DNA of 61,702 bases, filler included, from Bacteriovoracaceae bacterium (GCA_018649885.1; 5 parts of 5 records of this genome joined end to end with filler, not necessarily neighbours in it); one strand, 5' to 3'. Shown: positions 10,454 through 21,421, counted from the whole stretch's first letter. Notes: generated from the letters alone by a model not told the origin. Numbers and translations are program-made.

Positions 10454-10562
10454 TAGCTGGAGCCGGGAGGTGGCGCAGCAAAACGTTTTTAGGTGAAAAT
10501 AGGGTCGGCTTGCAAAGAATTTATTGTATAAATCTTTAAGTGACTCTATTATCACCTTGAAA

Positions 10563-11000
10563 ATGACCACTGACCTCAAAAATAGTCCTGCCGTTTGGAC
10601 CATAATATTTACCTGCTGGATAATCGCTTGTGTTGCAACAGGTGGAAGTCTTTTTTTTAGTGAAGTGATGGAATTTCCGCCCTGTGTGCTATGCTGGTAT
10701 CAGCGCGTCTGCATGTACCCATTAGTGCTGATCTTTTTAATAGGCCTTGTCCCCTCAGATATTAAAGTCTTTAAGTTTTCTGCACCACTAATCATCATGG
10801 GGTGGATAATCGCCCTCTATCATAACCTACTTCACTATGGAATCGTTCCAGAAAGTGCCTCTCCTTGTAGGGAAGGTGTCTCATGCTCTGATGTGTGGTT
10901 GGACTGGCTAGGCTTTATTACCATTCCTCTAATGTCATTCACTGCATTTACCCTCTTGGGGCTACTACTTTTAATTTCTTATAGGAGATATATCCGTTGA
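10563..11000 (+). CDS. dsbB: disulfide bond formation protein, DsbB/BdbC type
   Basis: PCVLCWYQR, four TM segments, second Cys pair. Confidence 0.9.
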   Translation: MTTDLKNSPAVWTIIFTCWIIACVATGGSLFFSEVMEFPPCVLCWYQRVCMYPLVLIFLIGLVPSDIKVFKFSAPLIIMGWIIALYHNLLHYGIVPESASPCREGVSCSDVWLDWLGFITIPLMSFTAFTLLGLLLLISYRRYIR

Positions 11001-11644
11001 AAAATCAAAAAATTGTTATTGCTGCATCAGCACTTATTCTCGTTTTAGCTTTTATAGTAGGTAGAAATTATTACAAAGGCGAGCGTGAGAAAGAAATGGG
11101 CTTTTTGGCCAGTGAAAATATTGATCTTTTCATTAGAGATCACTCTCCAACAATGGGCAGTGATAAGGCCAAGGTGATAATTGTTGAATTTTTAGATCCC
11201 GAGTGTGAAACCTGTAGAGATTTTTATCCTTTTGTTAAAAAATTGATGGCGGATAATCCGGGCAAAATTAGGCTTGTTCTTAGATATACTCCCTTTCATC
11301 AAAATGCGAAATTTGTTATTCGAATCCTCGAAGCTGCAAGAAAGCAGGGCAAATTTTGGGAAAGCCTAGGAATACTATTTAAGTACCAATCCAATTGGGG
11401 GGGGCATCACAACCCACGCCCAGAACTAGTTTGGGACTACCTTCCCATGGTTGGAGTCAACGTGGAAAAAATCAAAGACGATATGAATAATCCGGCCACA
11501 GAGAAAATAATTGAGCAAGACATTACCGATGGCAGGAAGCTTAAAGTTCAAGCAACTCCCACATTCTTTATCAACGGCAAACCACTTAAAAGCTTTGGGT
11601 ACAGACAGTTACAAGAAGCCGTTGAAGCTGAGCTAAGTATCTAG
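10997..11644 (+). CDS. DsbA/BdbD-like thioredoxin-fold oxidoreductase
   Basis: FLDPECETC, TPTFFING; coupled to dsbB. Confidence 0.88.
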   Translation: MKNQKIVIAASALILVLAFIVGRNYYKGEREKEMGFLASENIDLFIRDHSPTMGSDKAKVIIVEFLDPECETCRDFYPFVKKLMADNPGKIRLVLRYTPFHQNAKFVIRILEAARKQGKFWESLGILFKYQSNWGGHHNPRPELVWDYLPMVGVNVEKIKDDMNNPATEKIIEQDITDGRKLKVQATPTFFINGKPLKSFGYRQLQEAVEAELSI

Positions 11645-11760
11645 AAGAAATAGGTATTTGTTCCAGTAATCATTAAATTTTCATTAACCCACATTCTTCC
11701 AATTGCGCCGAGAGTCATTTATATGTTATCGATATCTTAGATAACTTCCTAGGAGTCTGA

Positions 11761-13245
11761 ATGCTCAAATTACTACTCATTTCACTAGTTTTACTCTGCC
11801 AAATGACACGTGCTGGAGCTGATAGCTACCTTGAAGCTGGAGAGCTCGTGAGTGTGAGTGCAACTGAAAGTTACCGCTACCAAAGAGACTCAGGCACTCT
11901 GATCTTTGATAGTTTAGCTGCCTATAAAATGGAGCGTGGAACAGATTTAAGTGATGAGCAGGCAAGAATAAGTGCACGAAAATTGCTCAAAGGCCTTGGA
12001 GTTGATAGCAAAGGGCTCACAAAAAGTTTCACCCGCTTTAATTACTTCTATCTCGATAAAACCCCCACAGTGTTTAAAAAACATAGTTATGTGGTTGGAT
12101 TCTACGACGACGAACATTCACCAAGTGAGTTCGTGCTAGCAATTATTTTTGGATCAAAGAAAAAGAGTACTCTTTTGCGCTATTATCACTGGAAAAGAGA
12201 TAAATCACTGTCGCCGAATACTCCTACTCCCATTGATTTAACAACAGACATTGAACAGCTTTGCAAAAAAATACCGCAAGGCCAAAAACTAAGTTTTGTA
12301 GGTACATGGAAAAGAGTCCCCTTCGCAAAAATTTCTAACCACGATGAATTCATTAAAGATTTTACCAAAAAATGGATCATTGATAACTTTTGCTTTAAAG
12401 AAAATCTTAATTTTGGCAAAAATGGTTGGGCCAGCGAAGATGACGGACCAACTCGATTGAAGAAAAAAAGAATCAAGCAGGCTGCCCAGTCAGCTGATTT
12501 TCTCTTTCACTTCGGTCATGGAGCTCCGGGAACAGAACATATTTGTAGACCCGCAAAGTCTCACCCCCAATTTAAAAGTATATGGGGTCATGGAATTGCA
12601 CTTCCCCCTTTAATCACTCCGCTTGGACCTATTCCTACATGGGTCAACAGCTGTGGGCTTAGAAAATCTTGGGCAGAAACCAAACTCAAATATTTTTGGA
12701 GCATGTCGAGCTTTTTTAACTTAGAGATTGATTCGTGGGCCAGTATTGTGGGAGGAAAAGGTCCAAAAGTTATAGTAGGTAATATGGCCCATGGAGATCG
12801 ATTTAATTTAAAATTTTGGGCGATGTTCAACCACTACCTTGGAGCAAAAAAATGTAGTCAAGACCAGCACGGAAACTACCAATGTGAGAGAAATGGATTT
12901 TCTTTTAGCGACGCCGCCGTTCACACTATGGCCAATTGTATCGCCGGAGATTGGCTTCAAGACCATGGTTATGAAGACCTATTCATCCCAGGCAACGTCA
13001 AAAAGAATTTTGAGGGTTCTTCCAAAAGGTGCCTTAATCCAAAGTATGACAAAAAATGGCCTATAGAAGGAGGTGGAGGAAAACATCACCCGAAGAGAAT
13101 TAAGATCGTTTACTCCAATCAAAAGCAATTATTCTTTGAATCCCTTCCAGGCTTTGGAAAGCGCTACCCTGAAAAAGGGCAAATCAAAAATGATTCTAAT
13201 CACCAGGGATGGGCCTTAGAAGTTCGTTACAATAATGAGCAGTAA
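11761..13245 (+). CDS. secreted protein, possible DUF6345/caspase-hemoglobinase-like domain
   Basis: signal peptide; ADFLFHFGHG and W..TKLKYFWSMSS resemble DUF6345 patterns from memory. Confidence 0.45.
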   Translation: MLKLLLISLVLLCQMTRAGADSYLEAGELVSVSATESYRYQRDSGTLIFDSLAAYKMERGTDLSDEQARISARKLLKGLGVDSKGLTKSFTRFNYFYLDKTPTVFKKHSYVVGFYDDEHSPSEFVLAIIFGSKKKSTLLRYYHWKRDKSLSPNTPTPIDLTTDIEQLCKKIPQGQKLSFVGTWKRVPFAKISNHDEFIKDFTKKWIIDNFCFKENLNFGKNGWASEDDGPTRLKKKRIKQAAQSADFLFHFGHGAPGTEHICRPAKSHPQFKSIWGHGIALPPLITPLGPIPTWVNSCGLRKSWAETKLKYFWSMSSFFNLEIDSWASIVGGKGPKVIVGNMAHGDRFNLKFWAMFNHYLGAKKCSQDQHGNYQCERNGFSFSDAAVHTMANCIAGDWLQDHGYEDLFIPGNVKKNFEGSSKRCLNPKYDKKWPIEGGGGKHHPKRIKIVYSNQKQLFFESLPGFGKRYPEKGQIKNDSNHQGWALEVRYNNEQ

Positions 13246-13252
13246 AACCAAC

Positions 13253-14623
13253 TCATAAAATTTGAAGCAATTGATGCTCCTCAGAGCATTTTTTCCAAAA
13301 GCTATGATCGAGTTGCTGCCATAGAGGTCCTCTAATGCCTCGCCTTCTGAGAAAATTAAGCATTTTAGGGTTAAAGTTGACATTAATTTCAGGAACTATC
13401 CAGTTAGAGTGATCCTTACAAACTAATTTTAAAAGCTCTAATATTTGATGTCTAAAAATCAAATTATTTGTAGGTTGCAAGCTACTAGTAGCAAGACCAT
13501 CATCACTCCACACCATCAATATGGCAGAGTGAGGTTTTAGCTCACATAAGAAGTCTAGAGTTTCTTTGACATCATCAATTGTTTCTCCAGACGTCCCCAG
13601 TACAAATGTGTGGCAATCACTTATACCGAATTCACGGCACAACTTGCTTGCATGAACAATGTCATCAACCGTAAAGCCCTTTTTTAAATCTCTTAAAACT
13701 TTATTATGGCCACTATCTGAGCCAAGCTCTACTCCCTTGCAGCCTGCCCTCGACATTAATGAAACAAGCTCTGCATCTAAGCGAAACGGGCTAAGATAAC
13801 AAGTCCAATCTGTGTCAAAGCTCTGTGCGATCATCTCGCGGCATAGATTTTTGGCATAATTGATAGGATGGTTAAAAACAGAGTCGACAATAAAAAAATG
13901 ACTGACTTCCGGATTATCCGAAAGTGTAGTGTTCATCTCCTTTAAAACCTGCACTGGGTTTCTGGTACGATACTGCTTTCCTTCAATTTGAGGGTATGTG
14001 CAATAACTGCAATGAAATGGACACCCTCTTTTTGTTTGAACTGAATCAATTCCTGTTAGATTGTAATACTCACTGGCGTGGTGTTTTTTCTTCTCTGGCA
14101 TCAATTCACTTATATCCAGGAAATTAGAAGCAAATCCTGTAAAAACTAGTTTTTGATCATTAAAGTAAAATAAATTGGAAATGTGTTCTACACATTGCTT
14201 CTTGGATTCAATAGCATCTACCAATTGGGGAAAAGCGAACTCCCCTTCTCTAACAATCCCATAGCTTGGTTTTAATTCATTCATTAACTGGTCTGGAATC
14301 ACACTAAATCCACTTCCCCCCAAGACAATTTGGCAATTAGTTTGAGATTTTATTAGCTTCATCACTTTGTGATAAAACTTTAAATTAGTGGCAGTATTCG
14401 AATAATCATTATTTTGAATATTTCTGATACTTATGGCGATTAAATCTGGGGAAAAGGATTTGATCTTATGAATCAGAAATTTTTGGTAATCCTCTACAAA
14501 GCAAATATCCCACAACTCTTTGTCATGTTCATCAGAAATTGAGCCCATAATATAGTACAAACCCAGAGGAGCTACTGGGTCAGGAAGTTTTTCAGTATTA
14601 ATTGATAAGAAGGCAATTTTCAT
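13253..14623 (-). CDS. cobalamin-binding radical SAM protein
   Basis: N-terminal B12-binding domain (PLGLYY, LGGSGFS), TKRGCPFHCSYC (CxxxCxxC). Confidence 0.9.
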   Translation of the reverse strand: MKIAFLSINTEKLPDPVAPLGLYYIMGSISDEHDKELWDICFVEDYQKFLIHKIKSFSPDLIAISIRNIQNNDYSNTATNLKFYHKVMKLIKSQTNCQIVLGGSGFSVIPDQLMNELKPSYGIVREGEFAFPQLVDAIESKKQCVEHISNLFYFNDQKLVFTGFASNFLDISELMPEKKKHHASEYYNLTGIDSVQTKRGCPFHCSYCTYPQIEGKQYRTRNPVQVLKEMNTTLSDNPEVSHFFIVDSVFNHPINYAKNLCREMIAQSFDTDWTCYLSPFRLDAELVSLMSRAGCKGVELGSDSGHNKVLRDLKKGFTVDDIVHASKLCREFGISDCHTFVLGTSGETIDDVKETLDFLCELKPHSAILMVWSDDGLATSSLQPTNNLIFRHQILELLKLVCKDHSNWIVPEINVNFNPKMLNFLRRRGIRGPLWQQLDHSFWKKCSEEHQLLQIL

Positions 14624-14670
14624 CTAACGAAATTGTACATGGATTTCGTAGTATTTCAAAGTTTGTGAGG

Positions 14671-14697
14671 TGAGGGCCTTTGATTTGGGCCCTCACC
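14671..14697. terminator. hairpin, probable terminator
   Basis: TGAGGGCC..GGCCCTCA inverted repeat downstream of 14712-15173. Confidence 0.55.
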
Positions 14698-14711
14698 ATT
14701 AGTTAGTCAAA

Positions 14712-15173
14712 TTAACGACGGACCATACAATAGGCCCTACGGCGCCCCAATCGGGCTTTTTTCCGTCTACATTTCCTCATCGCTTTTTTACAAGCACGCC
14801 TTTTCAGGCCAGTTCCCACAATGCCCTCGACAGAGGCCCTGACACTAGTGATACGTCGTCCTCGGAAGGTCCGCAGGTCTGCAGTACATCTTCTCCTTAG
14901 CCAGTCACGTCTAGGTCTGTGGGGTCTGAGAGCACGACCAACAGTACAATAAGCATATGGATTCCTGCCATCCAAATGGCGAGTTGTCAGCTCTCTGCGA
15001 CACTTTAAATAAGCGCGCGAACAAGCGAGAAACTTTCTTGGAGCATTGCTCATAAAACGTCGAATCACATCTCCGTTACCTTTCCTTAGTTGGGAGCGAC
15101 ATTGATCAGCCGTGGCATCACTTGAAGCAAATCCCATCGCGATAAAAGTAAAAATAAAAATTAACTTTTTCAT
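14712..15173 (-). CDS. secreted Arg/Cys-rich cationic hypothetical protein
   Basis: signal peptide ending ATA; two internal repeats of C..L....G..I and AC..A..KC. Confidence 0.7.
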   Translation of the reverse strand: MKKLIFIFTFIAMGFASSDATADQCRSQLRKGNGDVIRRFMSNAPRKFLACSRAYLKCRRELTTRHLDGRNPYAYCTVGRALRPHRPRRDWLRRRCTADLRTFRGRRITSVRASVEGIVGTGLKRRACKKAMRKCRRKKARLGRRRAYCMVRR

Positions 15174-15351
15174 CTCCGTCTCCTTATCTTTCGTTGAAGT
15201 TCTTAATTGTGAGACTGCTCTGATTAAGATTTCATGAAAACAAAGATTCTCAGAAAGTTATTTGATTGATGTCAGTGAATCAAGGCGTGTATTTTAGGTG
15301 CACGATATAAAAAAATTTATTGTGGAGTGAATTTTTCTTAAAGTATTTGGA

Positions 15352-15392
15352 AAAATAACTCTTGAAAATACTATTTCCAAGAGTTATTTTTT
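15352..15392 (-). terminator. intrinsic terminator
   Basis: AAAATAACTCTTG...CAAGAGTTATTTT. Confidence 0.65.
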
Positions 15393-15405
15393 ATGAATTC
15401 AAAAG

Positions 15406-17079
15406 TTACTCAACTGTAAAGTATTCGATTTTAAGTTTTGGTCTTGAATTAAATTTGGCATCGTCTGTTAGGATAAAATACACCTTATTGGTTCTGCTCT
15501 CGTGAAGCAGTGCTAGAATCCGAGAAACACTTACTTCAAATATCTCCTCGATATTCGCTGATGGCATGGCCAGGACGTATTTAAACCTTCCTGTATCTCT
15601 TGCTGTTAACTTATCAGAAAAAAGTGTGTTGATAGGTCCATCAATTTCTGTAAAGAAATTTGGATTGATTAATCCTTTCCACCCACGTTGGTGAAATAAA
15701 TGACCAGAACATGACTTGATAGGTCCACTGATGCATAGTGCTTCAGTTCCCACATATCCGTGATGATTAAATTTAGTAATATCTAGATCAAGTTTAATGG
15801 TAGAGACGGAGTCTCTATCATCAATAATACTTTGCGGGATTTCAAAACCAAAAACGAGTTGAATATCTTCAACCGACTCCGAATCGACTACCTCACTATA
15901 TGTTACTGCCTGAGTACTATTTTTTGTTTGAGAGCTTTGCTCCAAATAAGGAAGAACAATGGCACCACTTTCTTTGGCGATAGCAATTTCATCAGCAGAT
16001 AAATCATCAATCACTTCAACGACTCTCTTTACTGACTGTCCATCATCTCCATCTTCACCTCTATCACCATTTTCACCATTTGTGATTTCAATACCTTCAA
16101 CTTGTAGTACTAATTTATCGCCCAGAAACTGCCAGTGCTCTCTATTAGATCTTACAATAAAAACCTCACCCTCTTTTAGCTCAGATAGGTTTGTGGGAAG
16201 AGTATCAACGTAAGTTGCTGGATAACTAAAACCATCGTATTTTGGAAATTCAATACTGGCCTGGTGATCCCAACGACCTCCAGTAAAATTAAAAAATCTG
16301 CCATCACTACTTATACAAACATCACCATTTGTTCCACTACCGTTTGGAAATCCATTGTCGCCAAGGCTACAGGTAAAAATACCATTTTCAAGATTACGAA
16401 CCACCTTGAGACCCTCAGCGGTCAATTCATAAACTCCGTATGAGCTTAAATTCACCATAATTGATCCAAGAGGATAACTAGATGATATCTCTTTAAATTT
16501 TTCGTCTTCTACATTTACAATGATTGTATTTGAAGGGAATGTATAAACATACCTCCACTTTCCATCCTCTTTAAAATAGACATTTAATTTTCTCACATCA
16601 ATATAGGTGTCATTGTCATTACCTTCACTATCATTTGGAAGGTCTGGCCCATATAGAAGACCTAGAAAATCACCAATAGGCTTCCACTCTCCGTTTATTT
16701 TAAAATATATTGAATCTGTTTCGAGATCAACGTAGTACTCACCATCCCTACCGTTTGCACTTTCAGGTAATCCATTTCCACTCAACCAGTCTCCTGAGTT
16801 CCCCTCAACTTTGGTCCACCTTCCGCCGAGAAAAATATATTTCTCTCCTAAGTTGTAATCAAAGTGAGTGTCATACTCCTTGGGAGATTCACTACTAGGA
16901 GCTCCAGCACTTGCAGTTATCTCACCTCCAGCAGCCCCAATTTCAACTATTTGAGTTTTTGACTCCGTTGATGAGATCGAGGCATTTGACTCTTCTTTTT
17001 TGTCATTTTTCCCACATGAGGAAACCAATAAGGACAAACTCAATACTAAAAGCATTTGAAAGAAATTCATTTTTAACAA
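15406..17079 (-). CDS. lipoprotein with fibre-like repeats and a short collagen-like stretch
   Basis: lipobox LVSSC; repeats G..P....G..G.YY.D...Y.K..G.W; GENGDRGEDGDDG. Confidence 0.65.
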   Translation of the reverse strand: MLKMNFFQMLLVLSLSLLVSSCGKNDKKEESNASISSTESKTQIVEIGAAGGEITASAGAPSSESPKEYDTHFDYNLGEKYIFLGGRWTKVEGNSGDWLSGNGLPESANGRDGEYYVDLETDSIYFKINGEWKPIGDFLGLLYGPDLPNDSEGNDNDTYIDVRKLNVYFKEDGKWRYVYTFPSNTIIVNVEDEKFKEISSSYPLGSIMVNLSSYGVYELTAEGLKVVRNLENGIFTCSLGDNGFPNGSGTNGDVCISSDGRFFNFTGGRWDHQASIEFPKYDGFSYPATYVDTLPTNLSELKEGEVFIVRSNREHWQFLGDKLVLQVEGIEITNGENGDRGEDGDDGQSVKRVVEVIDDLSADEIAIAKESGAIVLPYLEQSSQTKNSTQAVTYSEVVDSESVEDIQLVFGFEIPQSIIDDRDSVSTIKLDLDITKFNHHGYVGTEALCISGPIKSCSGHLFHQRGWKGLINPNFFTEIDGPINTLFSDKLTARDTGRFKYVLAMPSANIEEIFEVSVSRILALLHESRTNKVYFILTDDAKFNSRPKLKIEYFTVE

Positions 17080-17287
17080 CCCCGGTCTAAGTAGTGCAAT
17101 CTCAATTATCTAATAATGTGGGATTAAAGGCCTTACAATGGTGCTATTTTACATACCTGTTAAAATTCTGACAGCTTCCAAGTAGCTTAAACTAGGTATC
17201 AGCTTAAAATTTTTTTTTACCAAAACCTAACGATCAGCTAACAAAATGGTCTCTGTCTTTAGATACAACCTAGTGGGAGGAGAAAGA

Positions 17288-17860
17288 ATGAGCAAAATTT
17301 TACTTACTTTTTTCATTGTGACTTTGGCCCATGCAAAGTCTATTAAGATTAGATACCACTGCGGTGAAATTAAAATTATAGATCAAAAGTGGGCCAAAGA
17401 GATTTTTCTCAAATTACCAAGTCCTGTAGAGGAATTTAGCTATTTAGGTGATCACTACTACCGTTATGGCAAGTACTTCTATTGCACAGTTACATCGGCC
17501 GGTGAGTTTGACTGCCAAATTTATCTAAAAGGAGAAGGAAGTGGGGAGCTTAGTTCATATTACAAGGATGTTGATTTTGGAAAAGGAAGTATTTCAGAAT
17601 TTGTAACAACTGCTCCAGTGATAGGATTTGGAAATCCCCAGTTTGAAGATGGTGAGTTTCATTTAAAAATAACTGGAAAAATGGCGGAAATGCTGAACAA
17701 AAAGCTATTTTTATTAAAGGAACAAGATATCGAAGGCGGAGTAATGCTTGGAGGAAAACATCTGGCCTGTTGGGAGAAAAAGGGCCAATTTGAATGTCGT
17801 CTTCGTATCCCAGAAGATACTTTTCCAAAACCGCCTGCTAGACCTATAATGAACGCATAG
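17288..17860 (+). CDS. secreted hypothetical protein
   Basis: GGAGG RBS, signal peptide ending AHA. Confidence 0.65.
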   Translation: MSKILLTFFIVTLAHAKSIKIRYHCGEIKIIDQKWAKEIFLKLPSPVEEFSYLGDHYYRYGKYFYCTVTSAGEFDCQIYLKGEGSGELSSYYKDVDFGKGSISEFVTTAPVIGFGNPQFEDGEFHLKITGKMAEMLNKKLFLLKEQDIEGGVMLGGKHLACWEKKGQFECRLRIPEDTFPKPPARPIMNA

Positions 17861-17880
17861 ATAAGCTAAATATATTTTTC

Positions 17881-18267
17881 TTAAAATTGAAAACTTTGGG
17901 TTTGCCTTCCTTTTTCTTCTCCACGAGAAGAAAAGCTGTGACAATTTCCATGAAACTTTGTGTAGATTATTTTGAAACTTGAACTGCAGGGAAGCTGAAC
18001 GCTTGGTAAATTCATTACCATCAGCCCTTTATAGCCTCCGCCATGAATAAAACGGGGCCTTAGCTGCTCAAGACCACCTTTGCAGCCCTCGACACTAACA
18101 GATTCAACAAGGCCCCTATCCTGAAAGAGTATATTCTTAGAGCTATCAAAAACTTTTATCTCAAAACAAGAGTATGGATAAAATGCCTCATTCGAAATCA
18201 GCTCCTCAAGACTTGCGCTATAAGAGCTCATAGGAAGTAAAAAAAACAGAATTGCTATGTATTTCAT
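17881..18267 (-). CDS. secreted hypothetical protein
   Basis: signal peptide ending SYSA. Confidence 0.55.
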   Translation of the reverse strand: MKYIAILFFLLPMSSYSASLEELISNEAFYPYSCFEIKVFDSSKNILFQDRGLVESVSVEGCKGGLEQLRPRFIHGGGYKGLMVMNLPSVQLPCSSSFKIIYTKFHGNCHSFSSRGEEKGRQTQSFQF

Positions 18268-18480
18268 CTATTCACCTTTGGTCGTCTCCTTTCAGATAAC
18301 AAGCTTTTTAACTATGAGCAACTAGCATTTTTAATATGGGAAAGCTTACATACCCTTGAAAAGGACTTAATAACGCACCGGGTCACCACTTAATATTAAA
18401 CACCTGCTAAGATATAACTAAGAAAATATAACTTTTCTTGATTGAGCTTATTGAGAGAATGCCCAAAGAGAAATAATATT

Positions 18481-19789
18481 GTGAATAATACGCAGAACAA
18501 TAAGCGGAATACGACCCATCTAAATGACAATAATACAGATATTATTAATTTCAAGGCACAACATTTTTTAGATACCCAAGTTTTTCACAAACTTTTCCCG
18601 CTGCTGGATAAATACTTTGGAGCTTTTGGAGTCACTATTTCTCTATTGGTTTTTATTGACAAAAATATCACCGCGGGAATAATCACTATTGTATTTTCTT
18701 ACAATTAAAACCCAGAAATACGATGAATTTGGCCTTTTCCGCAACATCATAGCTCTGCCAATAATTGTGTCCATTTATTTTTTGATGGGTGGGTACTCGG
18801 AAAATTTTTTTTACTATTTCTTTTTAATGATATTGGGCTCACCATCAACAAGCCAAAATATCTGGCTCAGACGCTCGTATGTTCTCGTATGGTCTCTGGC
18901 CTACTTCATTTGCGCTCTAGTAAGTAGTGATTTTTTCTCCCTTCAACCTTGGACTAAGGCCACTTACAGTACACTCACTATGATTTTATCAGGTGCTCTG
19001 GTCAATCAATTATTTGATTTCTTTCAAAGAACAAGTGATGAAATTATAACAATCCAAGAGGATAGAGAAAAACTTTACCAAAGCCTATCCCACAGAGAAA
19101 AGCTTGCTTCCATTGGAGAGCTTGCTGCTGGAGTTGGGCATGAAATCAATAACCCTTTAACCATTATTATGGGTAATATTTTAAGATTAGAGAAAATGCT
19201 AAAAGCTGAAGGAAGCGTAACCCCAAAGATTGAAAAGGCCATTAATCACATGAGCATTGCCAGTGATCGTATTTCAAATATAGTTGAAGGACTTGGAACC
19301 TACGCTCGTTATGATACAAATCAAACAGAAGTGTTTTCAACCGCCAAGGCGCTAAATCAAACTGTTAAATTAATTGCCGAAATTCTCCATAAAGACGGTG
19401 TCACGCTCAATATTGATGCCACAGAGGAAGAGCTTCTAGTTGATGGCTCATTTGGAAAGCTTCAACAAGTGATTATGAATATTCTTATTAATGCAAGGGA
19501 TGCGACTGAAGGCCAGGCAATGCGGGAAATTAATGTCTCTCTTAAAAAAATCTCTTCTGACAAATTAGAACTCTCCATCTCGGACAACGGTGTTGGAATG
19601 AGCGAAGAGGTTAAGAAAAAAATATTCGATCCCTTTTTCACGACAAAAGAACTGGGAAAGGGAACAGGGATGGGACTTGGATTAGTTGCAAAAATTATTG
19701 ATGAAATGAGCGGCTCAATTGATCTCAAATCTCAAGAGGGGAAAGGGAGCACTTTCTCAATTGAGCTTCCCATAGCAAAGGCTATATGA
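18481..19789 (+). CDS. membrane sensor histidine kinase with a +1 frameshift near 18694-18697
   Basis: EKLASIGELAAGVGHEINNPL, NARDA, DNGVGM, PFFTTK, GTGMGL; removing one T joins the upstream hydrophobic ORF. Confidence 0.8.
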
Positions 19790-20493
19790 AAATAACAACA
19801 ATCCCCCTTATTAACCTCTTTATTAGCTTTCTCCCAGTCGTTCTAGTACTCATCGTGTTTGTAAATTGGAAGCTAAATTGGAAGGGACTAGTCTATGCAT
19901 CAGCTCGAATGCTTGTGCAACTGTTGATGATTGGATACTTTCTAACATTTATTTTTAAACAAAATAACCCTATATGGACTGTGCTTATAGTGATAGTGAT
20001 GCTTTGTATCTCTGCCTGGATTTCTCTATACTCAGTACGCCATATGAGAAAAAATAAAATTAAAGATGCTCTACTGTCTCTGCTTGTAGGAGCACTACCT
20101 GTTCTTTGCCTTGTGACTATTGTCGTTATTCCCCACTCTCCTTGGTATGAACCCTCCTTCTTGATTCCCCTTGCCGGAATGGTTTTTTCTAATGCCATGA
20201 ATACGATTGGAATCGCTGCTGAGAGATTTGAAAATGAAATCGAACAAAAAGATCTAGTCTCGGCCAAAAGAACGGCCCTTGGAGCCTGCCTAATTCCCCA
20301 AATAAATAGTTTCTTTGCAGTGGGACTGGTATCTCTACCGGGAATGATGACCGGGCAGATACTATCAGGGATCAGCCCTTTAATTGCTGTACGATACCAA
20401 ATTGTGGTGATGACTATGGTTATGGGAGCTGGTGGCCTGAGTGCAGCCTTCTTTTTAAGTCGTAGCGCTAAGCTGTCAAAGCTCGCACATTAG
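19786..20493 (+). CDS. UPF0014 / FetB(YbbM)-like ABC permease
   Basis: RMLVQL, IPLAGMVFSNAM, VGLVSLPGMMTGQILSG..PL.AVRYQI. Confidence 0.88.
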   Translation: MKITTIPLINLFISFLPVVLVLIVFVNWKLNWKGLVYASARMLVQLLMIGYFLTFIFKQNNPIWTVLIVIVMLCISAWISLYSVRHMRKNKIKDALLSLLVGALPVLCLVTIVVIPHSPWYEPSFLIPLAGMVFSNAMNTIGIAAERFENEIEQKDLVSAKRTALGACLIPQINSFFAVGLVSLPGMMTGQILSGISPLIAVRYQIVVMTMVMGAGGLSAAFFLSRSAKLSKLAH

Positions 20494-20557
20494 AAATTAC
20501 AAAAAAAAAGAGGGCCATAAAGACCCTCTCCCAATCATTATAATTCAAGTAATCTAA

Positions 20558-21046
20558 TTAAAGATCTTCTGAAACATCTTCTTCTTCAATATCAACTACA
20601 ACTTCGGCTTCAATAGCTTCAAGTTCTGCAGTTTCCTCTGAAGAGAGATCATCGCCAGCTGCTTCTCTTTTCTTCTTAAGCTTGTCTCTACTTTTTCCAA
20701 GCTTCTTTTTTGCTTTTAAAATTGGCTTGTGAAGTTTTTTCAACTTCTTAGAGCAATCATCTTCAGCCGTTTCTGACTTAGCACAAATTTCATCATACTT
20801 TCCATCTTTAAAGAGACCAGAGCCTTTTAAAGAACCTCTGTCAATACCTTGCTTATCAAGATACTTCTTGATTTTCTTGCCCTGCTTTTTTCTTTTCTTT
20901 TTGTACTTCTTCTGCGCCTTTTTAACTTTTTTACCAAGTTTTCTGGCCTTCTTTCCTTTACTTCCCGCAAATGCAACCCCTGGAGTCACTGTTGCTGTTA
21001 AAAGAGTAAAAGAAAATAACATACATAGAATTCTAAATAACTTCAT
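20558..21046 (-). CDS. secreted Lys-rich hypothetical protein with acidic tail
   Basis: signal peptide ending AFA; terminator-like hairpin at about 20501-20530. Confidence 0.65.
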   Translation of the reverse strand: MKLFRILCMLFSFTLLTATVTPGVAFAGSKGKKARKLGKKVKKAQKKYKKKRKKQGKKIKKYLDKQGIDRGSLKGSGLFKDGKYDEICAKSETAEDDCSKKLKKLHKPILKAKKKLGKSRDKLKKKREAAGDDLSSEETAELEAIEAEVVVDIEEEDVSEDL

Positions 21047-21421
21047 AACGTACTACTTCCTCACGTGTTCACACATTGAATATTCAATTAACTCTGCAAA
21101 TTCCTTTTTTTTAATCAATCCCAATTTCCCTAGATTTAGTAAAAAAAATATTTACGATCTCTCATCGGCACATTTGGTAAAATTATTGACCTGAAAATTA
21201 TCCCGGGTCAGCAACAACTCCAAGTTTGTACCTCTTCGCTTTGTAGAATATACAACGCAGCTGGGGTATCACCTACCTTGGTTTCCAACTACCTTAAATT
21301 AGGACAGAATTTGGGAAAATTGAGAAATAAAGCCGCCATCAAAAGGAGGCGATCCAGAGAAGTTATTGATAAGATTGAGGGCCTAAGCTTAAGGCCCTAA
21401 CCTATGATGAGTTTTAACCTA

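Noticed and set aside
13253..15173. Radical SAM plus adjacent Cys-rich small protein as a RiPP cluster
   Set aside because: The small protein has a Sec signal, a hairpin separates the genes, and there is no SPASM/RRE domain or transporter
18694..18697. Programmed frameshift in the histidine kinase (likewise 30941-30943)
   Set aside because: Very short runs with no slippery context; fits the general homopolymer-error pattern
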